Shown here: piece after piece, positions 62,201 to 64,000 of the stretch
Layout: every line of letters starts with the position of its first letter
Numbering within the stretch: the first letter of the stretch is position 1
NCBI GenBank assembly: GCA_023205875.1
Contig: CP060759.1
Coordinates: 868,001 to 932,000, forward strand
Direction: 5' to 3'
DNA from: Chloropicon primus
Taxonomy: Eukaryota
Length of the DNA: 64,000 bases
Notes under the pieces: model-generated
Told to the model about the DNA's origin: nothing
Databases searched by the model: none
The model's input: the letters and a program-made list of their open reading frames with translations, nothing else
Position numbers and translations under genes: made by a program

Positions 62201-64000
62201 TGGATACTGGCTTCCAGACCTCTGGACCTTCCAACCTGATGCACTAAGCATGACTTCCGCAGAATCCCTTTATGTGGACCCACAAGGAAGGAAGCTCCTG
62301 GAGGTCACATGGGAGGCCATGTACAACACTCCTCTATCTTCAAACAAACATGCCAGAACAAATACAGGCGTTTATGTAGGATGTATGTACACAGAGTACC
62401 CACATATCCTGAAGGGGGCAAACATGGCAAACAATGCTGGTACAGGTACTGGAAGCGGCATTAGCTTCCTTTGTGGTCGTGTTTCTTATGTGATGGGCTT
62501 CAAAGGACCATGCATCAGCATAGATACTGCATGTTCCTCCTCCCTTGCAGCAACTCACTTGGGCAGGACAGCCATTATAGCACATGAATGTGATACAGCA
62601 ACAATAGCAGGAACAAATATAATGATTGCACCACAAACAACCCAAGGTGTTTGCAATTTGCAAGCCCTTGCCGTGGATGGAAGATGCAAAACCCTTGATG
62701 CAACTGCAAATGGATATGGCCGTGCCGAAGCTATTGCTGCCGTAATCATTGCAAATGCAAACGATACACACACGAACATGCTCAAAATGCCTGTCAACAT
62801 CGTTGCATCTTTTGTGAACCAAGATGGAAGATCAAGCAGTCTGACTGCACCAAATGGGCCATCACAGTCAACACTCATCTCATCTGCTTTGAGGCAAGCA
62901 AATCTGAAGCCAGAACAAATCAACCATGTTGTCATGCATGGAACAGGAACACCTCTGGGTGACCCAATTGAGGTTGGTGCCCTGGGACAAGCATTCCATT
63001 CAGATGACAAAGTTCATATGCTTGCACTTGCTGCAGTCAAGGTTGCTTTCGGACATACAGAAGGAGCAGCAGGACTCACGGGCCTACTTAGTGCAATGCA
63101 GTCGTGTAGCACGTTATGCATTCAACCGGTTACCGCATGCAGAAACATGAATGTTCATGTGCAGGGTGCAATCAAAGATCATAGAGATGGGCACAAAAGA
63201 GTCACTTCTGCAAGGATTCAACAAGGTCCTTGGTCATTCACTTGTGATGAAAACAATGACAAAGCAATCGCAGGGACAAGCTCGTTTGGCATGAGCGGAG
63301 TCAACAGTCACGGGGTTGTTGAAGCAAAACTTGCAGGCCATACTTACAATGCGCAGAGTATTGCATGGAACAACAAGCAAGTACTCTTCCCAATGGTTGG
63401 GTGTGCATTTGTGAAGGCTTCCTACAAAGCATCTACAAAACAACACCAAGTATTTGCGATTCAAATCAAGGACCACAACCTTCTGAGCTACATGGTCATG
63501 GGGAAATCCATTTTACCAGGTGCAGGATTCATGGAACTGTCATCAGCCTCTGCACGAGCTATGCTTAATCCAAACGTCTTACGTGATCTCAAACCAGTGC
63601 TTGCAAAGATATCAATTCCAGCCCCGATGCAGTTGGAACCAAACAAACATCAAATGATGCAATGTACGGTGGACACAGTGACCGGACAAGTAGGACTGAA
63701 AAGTCACAAAACCTGGAATCTCCAAGCCATATGGAAGAAACCAGTCAAACACTTGCCAGAGCGCCAAACCACACACCAAGATCAAAACGAGTGGAACAAA
63801 GGCATCATGGGTATAATGCACCACAATCAAGCTGCACACACAGCCAATGCAATTGCAACAGTCGCCAAAACATCAAATGACCTCTATGATTACACCGTCA
63901 ACCCAGCTGTGGGCGACGCAAATCTACAGCTTGGTGCCGTGGAAAGCGTGATTCGTTTGGCGAGCCAAGACAATGCTAGTCAAGAAACGCAAGTACCAAC
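53238..64000 (+). CDS. Giant modular trans-AT type I polyketide synthase, 3'-partial: GNAT-ACP-KS-DH0-KR-ACP-KS-DH-KR-ACP-KS-DH0-...
   Basis: My translation from ATG 53238; all checked motifs lie in one frame: GNAT VVAVTR..AFH; ACP GLDS (53976); KS NTACSSS (54654), HATGT (55038), GHGE (55161); KR TGGLGGLG, LRD (57231), YSAAN (57402); ACP GVDS (57864, 61827); KS DTACSSS (58560, 62532); DH HxxxGxxxxP (59517); no AT domain between KS and DH. Confidence 0.93.
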   Translation, partial: MPEPKVRQAVRGDAINVRKIDHLTWPENLWLKDKDFQFYFESYLEGQFVVECGDRVVGCLFTQRLDNESTLLDDGKTSSDFTSLHQGEGKVIQLIRISVLPQYEGLGLSHALIEGSLEHLKKQQGSIEKVVAVTRCSQFKAAGAYPYDDYVYSGRDPTIAFHVGRGAEVVKILHNFRLEDTQNDGHGVLIRYSLKTNTDSNFDQSTSQLQFSRDDAESRIKDAVRRIAQSSEEPALDEPLIEYGLDSIDFSGLKASLENIFSISLEATFLFSYPTVQQIAAYVVDQNKNTGSKAKALEVELPDGSLTKRSPNYSEAIWIIDTAERLPAAIEVGGFKEAVSHVPLNRWDPTGFEEVIAQQSGVTSGSFGIFLHLHECDIHGISQKEALQTDPQQLLIIENAQNLKRASCPKHDGEIGVAAAVSNFDFAVLQQKIKPVESQTHSTLIGSDLSVCCGKVSYLLNFNGPSYVVNTACSSSLVATNAAMHCLRNFECQLHFVLSASTILSPHVMVAYAKMGMLSIDGRCQSFDQQANGYVRAEASVGVNLGMASGSGVAIVASSVQQDGRSAGLTAPNGIAQQKLLLRTSMDADVPLSDIQHQEMHATGTPLGDPIEYQAFKQALRSSSHEMGFIISVSGTKAIAGHGEPCAGLSSTLRIIKSSLKAKKIVNNRLRSMNKHFGPDMMGSNLIFPTVNGSAALSSSYAGINSFAFQGTIARLLLKFDKGNERPATRKALCKKLISFKCVSYCSSKVLVSSGSKKLCLHLKPKFGQFTIEGKRVLTFAQMYSYLQIGYNDLCQETTKQKAVTADMVQTRVMHIDYRQHQMMQCTVDTVTGQVELQSQAEGKSHKTWNLQAIWKKPVKHLPERQTTHQDQNEWNKGIMGIMHHNQAAHTANAIATVAKTSNDLYDYTVNPAVGDANLQLGAVESVIRLASQDNASQETQVPTGCHAYYMGDQSDAPAAYTAVCQNGSQAGISSHRLKSLCEEINCASVLNLQTKAAFKLQSALNAANSQQKVQEKDMLLSALVWSACYATPLDCAAHQNAIIAGSRDAQENVLLVKLGDAQSNLEHPLKIACRNAGALYSSSHVDSPEMQEYLTNTSKSVHVVCLVSHQANVAKQLVGLANLVKAVNKSNMESPSITVVFLDSQTTMNVQHNTSKALWGACRTMRMEYPSLQLTTIQMDAHMDKSQAALYLLSEIQNKHSTEKEVMYKNATRYINTIVEKYPSASQHLSLNPHLEKLQRGSYVITGGLGGLGLVTAQLLADMGATSISLLSRSGIIQRTDQNLNAILDKVREKANVEVIACDVSKEDHVRNLYTKQNHPCVGIIHAAGVLRDGLAANLNHTQVQQVFDPKISGALHLHHNTLLQPLQVCIMFSSIVSLYGNIGQTSYSAANTYLDTLAALRQNQGLPAVSIQWPAISGIGMWEGLSSVHKKTFEFNLPVKAVISCLQNLVSKKSFTITTVTILPRWMIYGTREKNKAHMAAKADPNEIQRQPTSGRSQSVKFTSVAVLTSQVQNTIEQAVIDTIGETIDTESPLMEAGVDSLASSELINKINDDMGTSLGPTILFDYPTIQDLTQHLVQTLKGPDATDHAIEAVERIPNHDPMHAVTTTMLSSAIRYPNHTNSNQRFLNVLNNQSELCSVTPLQRWDRMDWYSSQGYGNDIYVPFGYWLPDLWTFQPDALSMTSAESLYVDPQGRKLLEVTWEAMYNTPLSSNKHARTNTGVYVGCCQQDFQKNIHHMTDPGKQILASISFLCGRVSYVMGFKGPCISIDTACSSSLAATHLGRTAIIAHECDTATIAGTNIMIAPQTTQAICNLQALAVDGRCKTLDATANGYGRAEAIAAVIIANANDTHTNMLKMPVNIVASFVNQDGRSSSLTAPNGPSQSTLISSALRQANLKPEQINHVVMHGTGTPLGDPIEVGALGQAFHSDDKVHMLALAAVKVAFGHTEGAAGLTGLLSAMQSCSTLCIQPVTACRNMNVHVQGAIKDHRDGHKRVTSARIQQGPWSFTCDENNDKAIAGTSSFGMSGVNSHGVVEAKLAGHTYNAQSIAWNNKQVLFPMVGCAFVKASYKASTKQHQVFAIQIKDHNLLDHMVMGKSILPGAGFMELSSASARAMLNPNVLRDLKPVLAKISIPAPMQLEPNKHQMMQCTVDTVTGQVGLKSHKTWNLQAIWKKPVKHLPERQTTHQDQNEWNKGIMGIMHHNQAAHTANAIATVAKTSNDLYDYTVNPAVGDANLQLGAVESVIRLASQDNASQETQVPTGCHAYYMGDQSDAPAAYTAVCQNGSQAGISSHRLKSLCEEINCASVLNLQTKAAFKLQSALNAANSQQKVQEKDMLLSALVWSACYATPLDCAAHQNAIIAGSRDAQENVLLVKLGDAQSNLEHPLKIACRNAGALYSSSHVDSPEMQEYLTNTSKSVHVVCLVSHQANVAKQLVGLANLVKAVNKSNMESPSITVVFLDSQTTMNVQHNTSKALWGACRTMRMEYPSLQLTTIQMDAHMDKSQAALYLLSEIQNKHSTEKEVMYKNATRYINTIVEKYPSASQHLSLNPHLEKLQRGSYVITGGLGGLGLVTAQLLADMGATSISLLSRSGIIQRTDQNLNAILDKVREKANVEVIACDVSKEDHVRNLYTKQNHPCVGIIHAAGVLRDGLAANLNHTQVQQVFDPKISGALHLHHNTLLQPLQVCIMFSSIASLYGNIGQTSYSAANTYLDTLAALRQNQGLPAVSIQWPAISGIGMWEGLSSVHKKTTPFTLSVEGAITSLNKILKDLSSFTITTVTILPRWMIYGTREKNKAHMAAKADPNEIQRQPTSGRSQSVKFTSVAVLTSQVQNTIEQAVIDTIGETIDTESPLMEAGVDSLASSELINKINDDMGTSLGPTILFDYPTIQDLTQHLVQTLKGPDATDHAIEAVERIPNHDPMHAVTTTMLSSAIRYPNHTNSNQRFLNVLNNQSELCAVTPLQRWDRMDWYSSQGYGNDIYVPFGYWLPDLWTFQPDALSMTSAESLYVDPQGRKLLEVTWEAMYNTPLSSNKHARTNTGVYVGCMYTEYPHILKGANMANNAGTGTGSGISFLCGRVSYVMGFKGPCISIDTACSSSLAATHLGRTAIIAHECDTATIAGTNIMIAPQTTQGVCNLQALAVDGRCKTLDATANGYGRAEAIAAVIIANANDTHTNMLKMPVNIVASFVNQDGRSSSLTAPNGPSQSTLISSALRQANLKPEQINHVVMHGTGTPLGDPIEVGALGQAFHSDDKVHMLALAAVKVAFGHTEGAAGLTGLLSAMQSCSTLCIQPVTACRNMNVHVQGAIKDHRDGHKRVTSARIQQGPWSFTCDENNDKAIAGTSSFGMSGVNSHGVVEAKLAGHTYNAQSIAWNNKQVLFPMVGCAFVKASYKASTKQHQVFAIQIKDHNLLSYMVMGKSILPGAGFMELSSASARAMLNPNVLRDLKPVLAKISIPAPMQLEPNKHQMMQCTVDTVTGQVGLKSHKTWNLQAIWKKPVKHLPERQTTHQDQNEWNKGIMGIMHHNQAAHTANAIATVAKTSNDLYDYTVNPAVGDANLQLGAVESVIRLASQDNASQETQVP
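55696..64000 (+). repeat. Tandem ~3.96-3.97 kb near-identical PKS module repeats (2 full copies plus the start of a 3rd)
   Basis: AACATCAAATGATGCAATGTACGGTGGACACAG recurs at ~55696, ~59674 and ~63646; offsets 3960-3978 bp, all multiples of 3; identical short shadow ORFs recur in the track. Confidence 0.97.

Noticed and set aside
53613..63880. Many short ORFs suggesting non-coding DNA or a decayed pseudogene
   Set aside because: They are off-frame shadows of one long PKS frame that the track omitted for lack of a stop codon
55696..64000. 4-kb repeat as a pure assembly duplication
   Set aside because: Copies differ by coherent in-frame blocks at functional sites and all indels are multiples of 3; copy number still needs long-read confirmation

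Overview
Gene-dense, intron-poor eukaryotic nuclear DNA from a small green alga. Supporting signs are plastid-targeted PHYLLO, CcdA, MraY and a carotenoid isomerase-like gene, short GT-AG introns, TGTAA poly(A)-type signals and GA/CT microsatellites; a Chloropicon-like prasinophyte is an inference. Positions 1-52 kb are GC-rich housekeeping genes (BioF, Pol iota, RPS3a, APC7, a cyclin, OPA3, intronless TERT, OSCP, PHYLLO and an MtnA-MtnK fusion). Among them sits an apparently intact Fanzor2 (eukaryotic TnpB-like RNA-guided nuclease, 3416-5584) followed by a structured candidate omegaRNA. From 53238 to the window end is a lower-GC ORF of more than 10.7 kb that the ORF track misses because it has no stop codon in the window. 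It encodes an AT-less (trans-AT) modular type I PKS with a CurA-like GNAT loading domain. Its ~3.96 kb modules are near-identical except at short patches in the KS substrate region, the KR C-terminus and the DH catalytic His.
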